Shown piece by piece: positions 10,166 to 20,979 of a stretch of DNA of 52,909 bases; within the stretch, counting starts at the first letter, position 1; each line of letters starts with the position of its first letter. The notes beneath the pieces were generated by a model. The model saw only the letters and a list, made by a program, of their open reading frames with translations, had not been told where the DNA came from and searched no databases. Made by a program: the position numbers and the translations under genes. The DNA is from Callorhinchus milii (Eukaryota): NCBI RefSeq assembly GCF_018977255.1, contig NW_024704746.1:1-52909 (forward strand), read 5' to 3'.

Positions 10166-10211
10166 CAAAGGCTCTTTTCAGAGCCACACACCACCTCTCC
10201 GACAGAGCTGT
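10166..10211 (+). terminator. Replication-dependent histone mRNA 3' stem-loop plus histone downstream element
   Basis: caaaGGCTCT-TTTC-AGAGCCacaca (stem-loop 10170-10185) and the U7-binding-like acagagctgt at 10202-10211. Confidence 0.95.
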
Positions 10212-10731
10212 AGCAAACGCGCCTTAAGCTGTGTGTGCAGTGCCCGTCCCCGCGGGACCACTGCCCTCTGTGGTTCCACAAGAGGGTCCCATCCGCCCTC
10301 AGCGGCGGATCCTCTCGGCCTTCAGCCCCAATGCCGTCAGCATCGTCAACGGTTTGGGAATCTTAAAGCGATTACAAACGATCCGCGTCCTTAATGTTCC
10401 CTTTTACTCGGATCGTGGAAATACTTTTGGGGCTTCTGATCGGTGGGGAAGGACTTTGTTGGGAGGAGCGTTTTGTTTAATTAAACGAAGTATGAAATCT
10501 TGATCGCGCTCCGCATTCAAACCGATTTTCAAGGATATTCAGGTGAAATAGTTGAAAAACATCAAAATCTCTCCTGGTAATGAGATCCGATTAGAAAAAG
10601 AATTAAAATGGCCATCAATCCGTGTAATGAGACGGAGGTAATATTCGCCTCTAAAGGACATTCACATTCACTCTCCTTTGTCTCCGTGAAATTGGCGCTT
10701 TCATCAATGGTCTGGAAAGGCTTCAGAGCCA

Positions 10732-12921
10732 CCGGGTCAGCACAGGGGGCGCCACTGAGCCCCCTCCCCGGGTCAGCACAGGGGGCGCCACTGAGCCCCC
10801 TCCCCGGGGACACCGGGGCAGCACAGGGGGCGCCACTGAGCCCCCTCCCCGGGGACACCGGGGCAGCACAGGGGGCGCCACTGAGCCCCCTCCCCGGGTC
10901 AGCACAGGGGGCGCCACTGAGCCCCCTCCCCGGGTCAGCACAGGGGGCGCCACTGAGCCCCCTCCCCGGGGACACCGGGGCAGCACAGGGGGCGCCACTG
11001 AGCCCCCTCCCCGGGTCAGCACAGGGGGCGCCACTGAGCCCCCTCCCCGGGTCAGCACAGGGGGCGCCACTGAGCCCCCTCCCCGGGTCAGCACAGGGGG
11101 CGCCACTGAGCCCCCTCCCCGGGTCAGCACAGGGGGCGCCACTGAGCCCCCTCCCCGGGTCAGCACAGGGGCGCCACTGAGCCCCCTCCCCGGGTCAGCA
11201 CAGGGGGCGCCACTGAGCCCCCTCCCCGGGGACACCGGGGCAGCACAGGGGGCGCCACTGAGCCCCCTCCCCGGGGACACCGGGGCAGCACAGGGGGCGC
11301 CCCTGAGCCCCCTCCCCGGGGCAGCACAGGGGGCGCCACTGAGCCCCCCTCCCCGGGGACACTGGGGCAGCACAGGGGGCGCCAGTGAGCCCCCTCCCCG
11401 GGGACACCGGGGCAGCACAGGGGGCGCCACTGAGCCCCCCTCCCCTCCCCCAAACCAACGGGGACACTGGTGCAGCACAGGGGGCGCCACTGAGCCCCCT
11501 CCCCGGGGACACTGGGGCAGCACAGGGGGCGCCACTGAGCCCCCTCCCCGGGGACACTGGGGCAGCAAAGGGGGCGCCAGTGAGCCCCCCTCCTCCCCCC
11601 CAAACCAACGGGGACACTGGTGCAGCACAGGGGGCGCCACTGAGCCCCCTCCCCGGGGACACTGGGGCAGCACAGGGGGCGCCAGTGAGCCCCCCTCCCC
11701 TCCCCCAAACCAACGGGGACACTGGTGCAGCACAGGGGGCGCCACTGAGCCCCTCCCCGGGGACACTGGGGCAGCACAGGGGGCGCCACTGAGCCCCCTC
11801 CCCGGGGACACTGGGGCAGCAAAGGGGGCGCCAGTGAGCCCCCCTCCCCCCCCCAAACCAACGGGGACACTGGTGCAGCACAGGGGGCGCCACTGAGCCC
11901 CCTCCCCGGGGACACCGGGGCAGCACAGGGGGCGCCACTGAGCCCCCTCCCCGGGGACACCGGGGCAGCACAGGGGGCGCCACTGAGCCCCCTCCCCGGG
12001 GACACCGGGGCAGCACAGGGGGCGCCCCTGAGCCCCCTCCCCGGGGACACTGGGGCAGCACAGGGGGCGCCAGTGAGCCCCCCTCCCCGGGGACACTGGG
12101 GCAGCAAAGGGGGCGCCAGTGAGCCCCCCTCCCCCCCCCCAAACCAACGGGGACACTGGTGCAGCACAGGGGGCGCCACTGAGCCCCCTCCCCGGGGACA
12201 CTTGGGCAGCACAGGGGGCGCCACTGAGCCCCCTCCCCGGGGACACCGGGGCAGCACAGGGGGCGCCACTGAGCCCCCTCCCCGGGGACACCGGGGCAGC
12301 ACAGGCGGCGCCACTGAGCCCCCTCCCCGGGGACACAGGGGCAGCACAGGGGGCGCTACTTAGCCCCCCTCCCCGGGGACACAGGGGCAGCACAGGGGGC
12401 GCCACTGAGCCCCCTCCCCGGGGCAGTACAGGGGGCGTCCCCTGTGCTGCCCCGGTGTCCCCGGGGAGGGGGCTCAGTGGCGCCCCCTGTGCTGCCCCGG
12501 TGTCTCCGGGGAGGGGGCTCAGTGGCGCCCCGGTGTCCCCGGGGAGGGGGCTCAGTGGCGCCCCCTGTGCTGACCCGGGGAGGGGGCTCAGTGGCGCCCC
12601 CTGTGCTGACCCGGGGAGGGGGCTCACTGGCGCCCCCTGTGCTGCCCCAGTGTCCCCGGGGAGGGGGGCTCAGTGGCGCCCCCTGTGCTGACCCGGGGAG
12701 GGGGCTCAGTGGCGCCCCCTGTGCTGCCCCGGTGTCCCCGGGGAGGGGGCTCAGTGGCGCCCCCTGTGCTGACCCGGGGAGGTGGCTCAGTGGCGCCCCC
12801 TGTGCTGACCCGGGGAGGGGGCTCAGTGGCGCCCCCTGTGCTGACCCGGGGAGGGGGCTCAGTGGCGCCCCCTGTGCTGACCCGGGGAGGGGGCTCAGTG
12901 GCGCCCCCTGTGCTGACCCGG
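10732..12921. repeat. GC-rich minisatellite (36, 45 and ~60-bp unit variants) whose orientation flips at 12436/12437
   Basis: Core cagcacagggggcgccactgagccccctcccc plus gggt (36 bp), ggggacaccgggg (45 bp) or a ccccaaaccaac insert (~60 bp); units are reverse-complemented after 12437. Confidence 0.97.
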
Positions 12922-13441
12922 TGGCTCTGAAGCCTTTCCAGACCATTGATGAAAGCGCCAATTTCACGGAGACAAAGGAGAGTGAATGTGAATGTCCTTT
13001 AGAGGCGAATATTACCTCCGTCTCATTACACGGATTGATGGCCATTTTAATTCTTTTTCTAATCGGATCTCATTACCAGGAGAGATTTTGATGTTTTTCA
13101 ACTATTTCACCTGAATATCCTTGAAAATCGGTTTGAATGCGGAGCGCGATCAAGATTTCATACTTCGTTTAATTAAACAAAACGCTCCTCCCAACAAAGT
13201 CCTTCCCCACCGATCAGAAGCCCCAAAAGTATTTCCACGATCCGAGTAAAAGGGAACATTAAGGACGCGGATCGTTTGTAATCGCTTTAAGATTCCCAAA
13301 CCGTTGACGATGCTGACGGCATTGGGGCTGAAGGCCGAGAGGATCCGCCGCTGAGGGCGGATGGGACCCTCTTGTGGAACCACAGAGGGCAGTGGTCCCG
13401 CGGGGACGGGCACTGCACACACAGCTTAAGGCGCGTTTGCT

Positions 13442-13487
13442 ACAGCTCTGTCGGAGAGGTGGTGTGTGGCTCTGAAAAGAGCCTTTG
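13442..13487 (-). terminator. Histone stem-loop plus downstream element, right-arm copy
   Basis: ggctctgaaaagagcc at 13468-13483 is the reverse complement of the stem-loop; acagctctgt at 13442-13451 is the reverse complement of the downstream element. Confidence 0.95.
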
Positions 13488-13513
13488 TGTGTAGATGNNN
13501 NNNNNNNNNNNNN

Positions 13514-13918
13514 NNNNNNNNNNNNNNNNNNNNNNNNNNNNNNNNNNNNNNNNNNNNNNNNNNNNNNNNNNNNNNNNNNNNNNNNNNNNNNNNNNNNNNN
13601 NNNNNNNNNNNNNNNNNNNNNNNNNNNNNNNNNNNNNNNNNNNNNNNNNNNNNNNNNNNAAGCCTCGGACGCGATGCGCTCGAAGATGTCATTCACAAAG
13701 GAGTTCATGATGCTCATGGCCTTGGAGGAGATGCCGGTGTCCGGGTGGACCTGCTTCATCACCTTGTACACGTAGATGGAGTAACTCTCCTTCCTCGACC
13801 TCCTGCGCTTCTTGCCCGCAGTCTGCGGTTTGCGAATCGCTTTCTTGCTGCCTTTTTTGGGCGCTCCTTTGCCCTCGGATTTAGCGGCTTTGCCCTCGGA
13901 TTTGCCCTCACCAGCCAT
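13514..13918 (-). CDS. H2B: Histone H2B with an atypical N-terminal tail, right-arm copy (3' part hidden by Ns; end inferred)
   Basis: The visible translation is identical to the left copy; Ns at 13498-13659. Confidence 0.85.
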
Positions 13919-14242
13919 TCTGCTCTCTTGATACCACCGACACAGTGTCGGGCAGTGTTCTGAACCTCCTCTTATATATTATCGCCATCCAATCCCAGCA
14001 AAGCAGTCCGTTCATCCCTCTTTAGCATAACCGGTTCCCCAATGGGACCCCGGGGGTTGGCAACCAATCCCCAGCCTCCCAGCCTCTGTGCTGTGATTGG
14101 CTGAGAGCCCGATGTGACGTAGAGACAGGGGGCTGGGGCTGCAGTGCGAGGAGATCTGATTGGGCAGGAAATGAAGGGCCTGACGCTCGGAGCCTATTTA
14201 AGCACAGAATCCGCTCTGGTTGGTGTCGGAATCTTAGTCAAG
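13919..14242. promoter_or_regulatory. Divergent H2B/H2A promoter, right arm, with a CRE/ATF-like TGACGT
   Basis: Mirror of the left promoter, but it has TGACGT at 14115-14120, which the left arm lacks. Confidence 0.8.
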
Positions 14243-14479
14243 ATGTCAGGACGTGGGGAGACTGGAGGTGAAGCCCGAGCCAAGGCCAAGTCCCGCTCCT
14301 CCCGGGCCGGACTGCAGTTCCCCGTGGGCCGCGTCCACAGACATCTCCGTAAAGGCAACTACGCTGATGGCGTGGGGGCCGGAGCCCCGGTCTATGTGGC
14401 CGCGGTGCTCGAGTATCTGATCGCTGAGGTGCTGGAGCTGGCGGGCAGCAAGAAGACCAGCATCACCCCCGACCCCTGA
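14243..14479 (+). pseudogene. H2A: Truncated histone H2A (78 codons), right-arm copy
   Basis: [33 protein letters not shown]...[15 protein letters not shown], with the same deletion and L2 fusion as the left copy. Confidence 0.88.
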
Positions 14480-15796
14480 CCTCCTAACCCTGTACCATCC
14501 TGTTTGTTCAGTGGGCTGTGGGCTGCTTCACACCCCCCGCCTCGCTCGCCCCACTATCAGCGGGTGGGACATTGCTCTGCACCCACCCTCTGGAACATCA
14601 GCCCGCAGTCCCTCCGTCTTGCCACCTTCAAGACCCACCTCCTCTTCAACCGTACTTTTGATCTCCTGCTTCCCAACCTGCCGTCCATCCTCCCCTAACC
14701 CTCAGCTCAGGTCCTTAACTCTGTCTGTCCAGCGCCTTGGGATGTCATCCCGACGCAATAAGGGCTTTACAAATATAATTTTGTTGTTAACACAGAGCCG
14801 CTGATGCTATCATTAAATCAGCGCCTTGAACTGGCAAACTATACCCCAGTTGTATAACATGCAGGAGCGGATTTTCCTCTGTCCATGTTATGTGCTGCAG
14901 TTCCCCAGAGTCTGACTGTTTGGCAGCTCAGTGAGTGACAGGAGGCTCTGAGACAGGAGCTCGTCACAGTGTCAGTGTTCTCACAGAAAGGAGAAAGGAT
15001 TTTGCTGGTTCTGTTGTTGTGCTAAACAGTTGCTGTTCATTAACTACAGGGATATAAATATAAACAACGATAATAAAATTACATTTGTAAAGCACCTTCA
15101 CGTCGGGAGGACATCCCAAAGTGCTGAACTGTCGGGGATCAGGAACCGACCGTGGCAGGGGTAGGGTTGGGACGAGGGATGGCAGAGAGGTTGGAGGGTA
15201 GCTGAAGGCACGGTTGAAAAGGAGGTCATGATGCAAGCAAGGGAGGCAGCAGGGTGAAGGGATTGTGGGATGGAGTTCGAAAGAGTGGGGTCAGAGAGGC
15301 TGAAAGCCCAGCCGCCGATGGTAGGGTAGGCCGGGCAGGAGACATGGAGCAGGCCAGAGCCTGCTGAGTGGAGGAAGAGAGGTAGGAGGGGGCAAGGCCA
15401 TGGAGGGCCTTGAAAGTGAGGATTTTGAGGAGCCGGACGAGGGTGGGGATGATGGATTCACGGAGCCTGGTGCAGGAGAGGATACAAGTTGCAGAGTTCT
15501 GGATGATCTGTAGCTTGTGGAGGGAGTTTTCATAGTCAAGCGTTGAGATGACAAATGGGTGTATGAGGATATCAGTGGCCTGAGGGGAGGAGTCAGGCGA
15601 TGTTCCGGAGGTGGGGGAAGGCAGAGCGGGCCGTAATATAATACAATATAATATAATCCTGTACAAGCGGCCACCACAGACCTGCGCAAGGCACAGCAGT
15701 ATGCACAGCCCCGTGTCCTGTGCAACTGGCCCAGCGCATACCACAGCAGTGTGTGCAGCTTGTTTTATGTGCAGCAAGGCCGCCACGGGCACTCCA

Positions 15797-18617
15797 TAGA
15801 TCTGAAGGAGCTGAAGAGGAATTTGGAAGGGAAGGGCCAGATCCACTTGTTGTGGTCCATATTGGGATAAACGACATAGGAAAAAACAGGGAGGAGGTCC
15901 TGCAGAGGGAGTTTTAGGAGTTAGGAGTTAAGTTAAAAGACAGGACCTCGAGGGTAATAATCTGGATTATTACCTGAGCCATGTGCGAACTGGAATAGGG
16001 AGAAACAGATTAGGAAAGTTAACACGTGGCTAAAGGATTGGTGTGGGAAAGAAGGGTTCCACTTCATGGGGACGCTGGCAGCAATATGGAGCTGTATAAA
16101 TAGGATGGGCTCCACCTGAAGAAAGGGGACCAAGTCCGAGCAGAAAGGATAAACAGAGCAAAGGCTTTAAACTAGTAAAGGCCAGGGAGGGATTAGAAGG
16201 AAGTGACTCAAGCCAGACAAAAATAAGAAATAAGGAGATTATAAATGGTCAAGGAATTAATACAATTATAGAACAGAAGTGTAAAAAGGCTGTCAAAAAT
16301 AAAATGAGGAACAATTTATAATAATGATGAATTAAACTGTCTGTGCAGCAATGTACACAGCATCTGAAATAAAACAGGAAAACTGGAGGTAATAATTTGT
16401 GGTGAGGAACAAGGTATAATTGGGATTACTGAACCGTGGCTACAGAAAGAATAGGACTGGCAATTAAACATTGCAGGGTATAACGTATTTAGAAAGGATA
16501 GACATGGGAAAAGGATAGAGATGGGAAAAAGAGCGGTGGAGTAGCTGTACTCGTTAAGGATAACATTGTGGCAGTAGAAAGAAGGGACGTAGCCAACAGT
16601 GAGCTAGAAACAGAATCTGTGTGGATAGAGATGAAAGATAAGAAAGGATCGATCACACAAATAGGGGTACTCTACAGACCACCTAATGGTGGAATGGGGG
16701 TAGAGGAAGAAATATGCAAGCAAATTAGGGAAATGAGTAAAAGACATAGAGCAAAAATCATGGGAGATTTCAACTACCCCCAAATTTATTGATGAGAAAA
16801 GGTAGGTTTAAGGGGATAAGGGAATGGAGTTCCTTCAATGTGTACAGGACTCTTTTCTTACCCAGTATGTAAGCGGCCCAAGAAGGGGGAAATCCCTGCT
16901 GGATTTAGTAATGGGAAATGAACCAGAGCAGGTAAAAGTACGAGTAGGGGAACATCTAGGCAATAGCGATCATAACTTAATAAGGTTTAAGATAAAGATT
17001 GAGAAGGAAATTAGTATGACAAAGACCAGGGTAATAGATTGGGAAAAAGCTGATTTTGAGGGGATGAGAATGGAACTTGGGAAAATAAACTGGAAAACAA
17101 TATTGGCAACAAAGCGATAGAGCAGCAGTGGGAAACATTTAAAACAGTGATCAATATAGTCCAGGAGAAATATATTCTGCTAAAAAGCAAGACAAAGCTT
17201 AAATAATAATGAGACACCGTCATAAGAGAAACGTTGAGACTCAGGAAAGAAGGGTTCACAAGGTACATAAACAGCAACAAAAATACGAAGAGGTCAGGAA
17301 AATAGTCCAAAAAATAATTAGGAAGGCAAAGAGGAATTATGAAATAAAATTATCAAGAAATATAAAAAGAAATAGTAAAATATTCTACAGACATAGATCA
17401 GGTGGACATGACAGTAGAAGACTAGATCAAAAATAATACATACAAGTACATTTAAGATACAAAGGGGAGATATAATCGAAAAACTAACAAAACTCAGAGA
17501 GGATAAAACCCCTGGTCCAGATGGTTTGCATCCGCATATATTAAAAGAATCAAAGGAAAAGATTGCAGAGGCACTATTACACATATATAATAACTCAATA
17601 GAAAAGGGAGTAGTGCCAGAGGACTGGAGCATAGCTAATGTTATACCTATATTTAAAAAGGGAGATAGAACAACCCCAGGGCACTATAGACCTGTCAGCT
17701 TAACATCAGGGGTAGGAAAGATAATGGAATCCTTACTGAAAGAGGTAATAGAAAAACATCTAGAAATGGAAAACATAATAAAGAATAGTCAGTACAGATT
17801 CCAAAAAGAAAGGTCATGCTTGACCAACCTCATTGAATTATTTGAAGGTAACAGAAAGAGTAGACAAGGGGAATGCGATAGATAATAATAATAATAATAA
17901 TAATAATCCTTGCATTTGATATAGCGCTTTTCACGTCGGGAGGACGTCCCAAAGCGCTTCACAGAACACACTGTAAAGTGAATTGACTATATATTTGTGG
18001 GCAAACGCGGCAGCCAATTGCGCACAGCAATGTCCCACAAACAGTCGTAGATTGAAAATGACCAATTTATTATTGTTTTTGGTTTTTGGAGGGATTATTA
18101 TTAGGCTCTGTGTGGAGTAAGGAAACTTGCCCGAGGTTTCGCCCTCTGCCTGGAATTGAACTCAGGTCTCTCGCTTGCAAAGCGAGTGCTCTAACCACTG
18201 AGCCACAGGACTCCACTATATATTTAATATATTTATGTTTACACTATATATGTAATATATTTAGATTTCCAAAAGGCGTTCGATCCCAGAACTGAGAGGT
18301 TATACCTATCAGGAAAGGCTGAACATACTTGAACTCTTTTCTCAGAAAAGAGGAGGGTAAGGGGTGGCCTGATAGAGGTTTTTAAAATGATGAAAGGTTT
18401 TGATAGAATAGACATAAGGAAGATATTTCCACTTGTGGGGGAGACCAAAACCAGGGCCCATCAACATAAAATAGTCAAGAATAGATCAAATAGGGAAGTT
18501 GGAAGAAATTTCTTCACACAGAGAGCAGTGGGAAAGTGGAACATTTGTGGAGGCAAATAGCACAGATATATTTAAGGGGAAGCTAAATAGGTACATGAGG
18601 GAGAAAGGAATAGAATG
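15797..18617 (+). mobile_element. CR1 LINE, mirror copy
   Basis: ORFs 15720-15917, 16568-16792, 16824-17120 and 17526-17885 have the same translations as the left-arm CR1. Confidence 0.92.
17883..18214 (-). mobile_element. tRNA-derived SINE, mirror copy
   Basis: Reverse complement of 5441-5771, with one substitution and a 1-bp indel seen. Confidence 0.92.
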
Positions 18618-19450
18618 CTTGAAGACAAAAACAGAAGTCGCTGGGAACAGTCAGCAGGTCAGGCAGCATCTATGGAGAAAGGAAAGTAAGTCAACGTTTT
18701 GGATCCACGACCCTTCATCAGGACAGCCAAGTCCTACGTGCCTCCACAGCGGTGTGGACAGCCTGTGTCCTGTGAAACAAGACCACCACAGACCTGTGCA
18801 TACCATAGCATTGCAGACAGCCCTGTGTCCATTGCAAGCTGACTGCCACAGGTCTTCGCACACCAACGCCATGCAGACAGGCCTGTGTCCTGTGCAGCAG
18901 GGCAATCACAGGCCTGTGCATACCACAGTACTATGAGCAGTACTTTGTCCTGTACAGTAGAGCCGCCACAGGCCTGCGCATACCACAGCAGTGTGCACAA
19001 CCCTTTGTTCTGAGCAAAAGGGATGCCACAGACCTTTTTAACTACACAGTAGTGCATACAGCCCTATGTCCTGTGCAACCGGGATGCCACAGGCCTGAGC
19101 ACAACACAGCAGCGAGGACAGCCTTGTAGGAGAGTGTCTCAGATTGGGTGTGTAGGTGGGTGTGTGAGCTCGGGTGCGTAGGTGGGTGTGTGAGGTCGGG
19201 TGTGTAAGGTGAGTGTCTGACAGAGAGAGAAACAAGTACTTGCATTTTTGTAGCATTTCAAACTGACAACAACAGCCACAATAACAACAAATTACATTTG
19301 TATGGCACCTTATCACATCAGGAGGATGTCCCAAGTCATAATGAGCTGCCCAACTCAAAGCTGCCCCACACAAGCGAGTCCCCCACACCCGCTCCCAGCA
19401 AATCTCTTCTTAAACACCTCTGGCTTTTGAATAAAAATCAAAACACACAG

Positions 19451-19772
19451 ATAATAATAATAATAATAATCCTTGCATTTGATATAGAGCCTTATCACGT
19501 CTTCTAGATGTCCCAAAGCGCTTCACAGAATAGACTGTAAAGTGAATTGACTGTATATTAGTGGGCAAACGCGGCAGCCAATTGCGCACAGCAGTATCCA
19601 CAAACAGTCATGGATTGAAAATGATCAATTTATTATTGTTTTGTTTTAGACGGATTATTATTAGGCTCTGTGTGGAGTAAGGAAACTTGCCCAAGGTTTC
19701 GCCCTCTGCCTGGAATTGAACTCCGGTACCTCGCTTGCACAGCGAGTGCTCTAACCACTGAGCTACAGGACT
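19451..19772 (-). mobile_element. tRNA-derived SINE, same family
   Basis: (taa)n tail through to ctctaaccactgagctacaggac. Confidence 0.92.
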
Positions 19773-19959
19773 TACAGATAAGAAACCACAAAGTAAATAA
19801 AACCTTTCTCTAAAACAACACATCAGGCCTACCTTCTACACTCGTCCTGACCAATTCTTGCTCTTCCAAAATTCGGATTTCAACTGTGTTTTTATATGAA
19901 AGGATCCTTTAATGTTCGTATGTTTTCCTCCTATTCTTATATTGTTGTGTTTTTCTCAA

Positions 19960-20875
19960 ACAACAACAACAAGATTACAGTTATATAGTGCCTTTCACGT
20001 CAGGAGGACGTCCCAAGGTGCTGGGCAATGCACAGCATTTCAGACCTGAGCTGGGGTGGGTGGGTCGGGGGACTTGGAGCAGGCCGAAGCCGGCTGAGCG
20101 GAGGGAGTGGGTGGGTTGGTAGGGGGATAAGTCAGAGGGGCGAGGCCATGGAGGGCTTTGTAGATGAGGACAAGGATCTTGAACTGGATCCTCTGAAGGA
20201 TAGGGAGCCAATGGAGTCGGGCGAGAGTGGAGGAGATGGGGTCACGGAGTTTGGTGCGGGAGAGGACACGGGCTGCAGAGGTCTGGATTATCTGCAGCTG
20301 TGGAGGGAGGAGTTGGGAAGGCCGACACGCAGGGAGTTTGCATAGTCGAGCCTGGAGGTGGTGAAGGCTTGAACCAGAGTTTCAGGGGCCTGGGGTGTGA
20401 GGTAGTGGCGGAGTCGGGCGATGTTACGGAGGTGAGGGAAGGCAGAGCGGGTCATGGCTTGGATGTAGGGAAGCAATGACAGTTGAGGGTTGAACAGGAC
20501 CCCCAGGTTCCTGACTGCTGGTGAGTTGAAGTGTGTAACCATGGAGGTTGATGCTACCAGAGCCTGAGGTGCTGAGGCGCTGGCGTGAGCCAATCAGGAG
20601 GGCCTCAGTCTTGTTCACATTCAACTGTAGGACGTTTGCCCTCATCCAGGACTTGATGTCCGACAGACAGTCTGTCAGGACAGCAGTGGTCCTGAGGGTG
20701 GAGGCAGAAAGATAAGAGTTGGGTGTCATCCGCATATATGTGGAAGTTGACTCCATGTCTGCGGATGATGTCACCAAGGGGGAGCATGTAGATATTAAAG
20801 AGGAGACAAGGGCAGAGCCCTGGGGGACCCCAGACATGACAGTGCGGGGGCTGGAGGAGGAACCGTTAGAGGCAA
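19960..20875 (-). mobile_element. L2 RT-to-3' fragment
   Basis: [27 protein letters not shown] and SRLDYANS motifs, with a (caa)n tail. Confidence 0.9.
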
Positions 20876-20979
20876 CAAAGTCCTACAGATTCACTGTTTC
20901 TGCTGCAAATATCTCCTCTCTTCAGCCACAATCAGACGTTTCAGCACAAAATCTGTCGCCGGGGTCTGACATCACAATC

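Larger units (their letters stand above)
4450..19205. repeat. Giant inverted duplication (palindrome): unique arms about 4450-10735 and 12918-19205 around a minisatellite core
   Basis: Arm ORFs have mirror ORFs with coordinate sums of 23653-23655, e.g. 9735+13918, 8850+14804 and 4598+19057; translations are nearly all identical. Confidence 0.97.

Noticed and set aside
10240-10312. Short GC hairpins downstream of the H2B processing site (e.g. atccgcc-ctcagc-ggcggat)
   Set aside because: Stems of 7-10 bp are expected in GC-rich spacer, and no ncRNA family is recognisable.
9735-10394. 219-aa H2B with a long C-terminal extension, as given in the ORF track
   Set aside because: The ORF reads through Ns; the stem-loop at 10170 implies the stop codon lies inside the masked block.
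10732-12921. CRISPR-like regularly spaced repeats
   Set aside because: There are no unique spacers or cas genes and the context is vertebrate; it is a minisatellite.
10562-13091. Long Pro/Gly-rich ORFs (up to 634 aa) on both strands
   Set aside because: They are by-products of a GC-rich minisatellite with unit lengths divisible by 3; there is no domain, promoter or splice support.
14144-14242. N-terminal extension of H2A in the ORF track (also 9412-9534)
   Set aside because: It lies over the TATA/CCAAT promoter; the true start is the MSGRG ATG at 14243 (9411 in the left arm).
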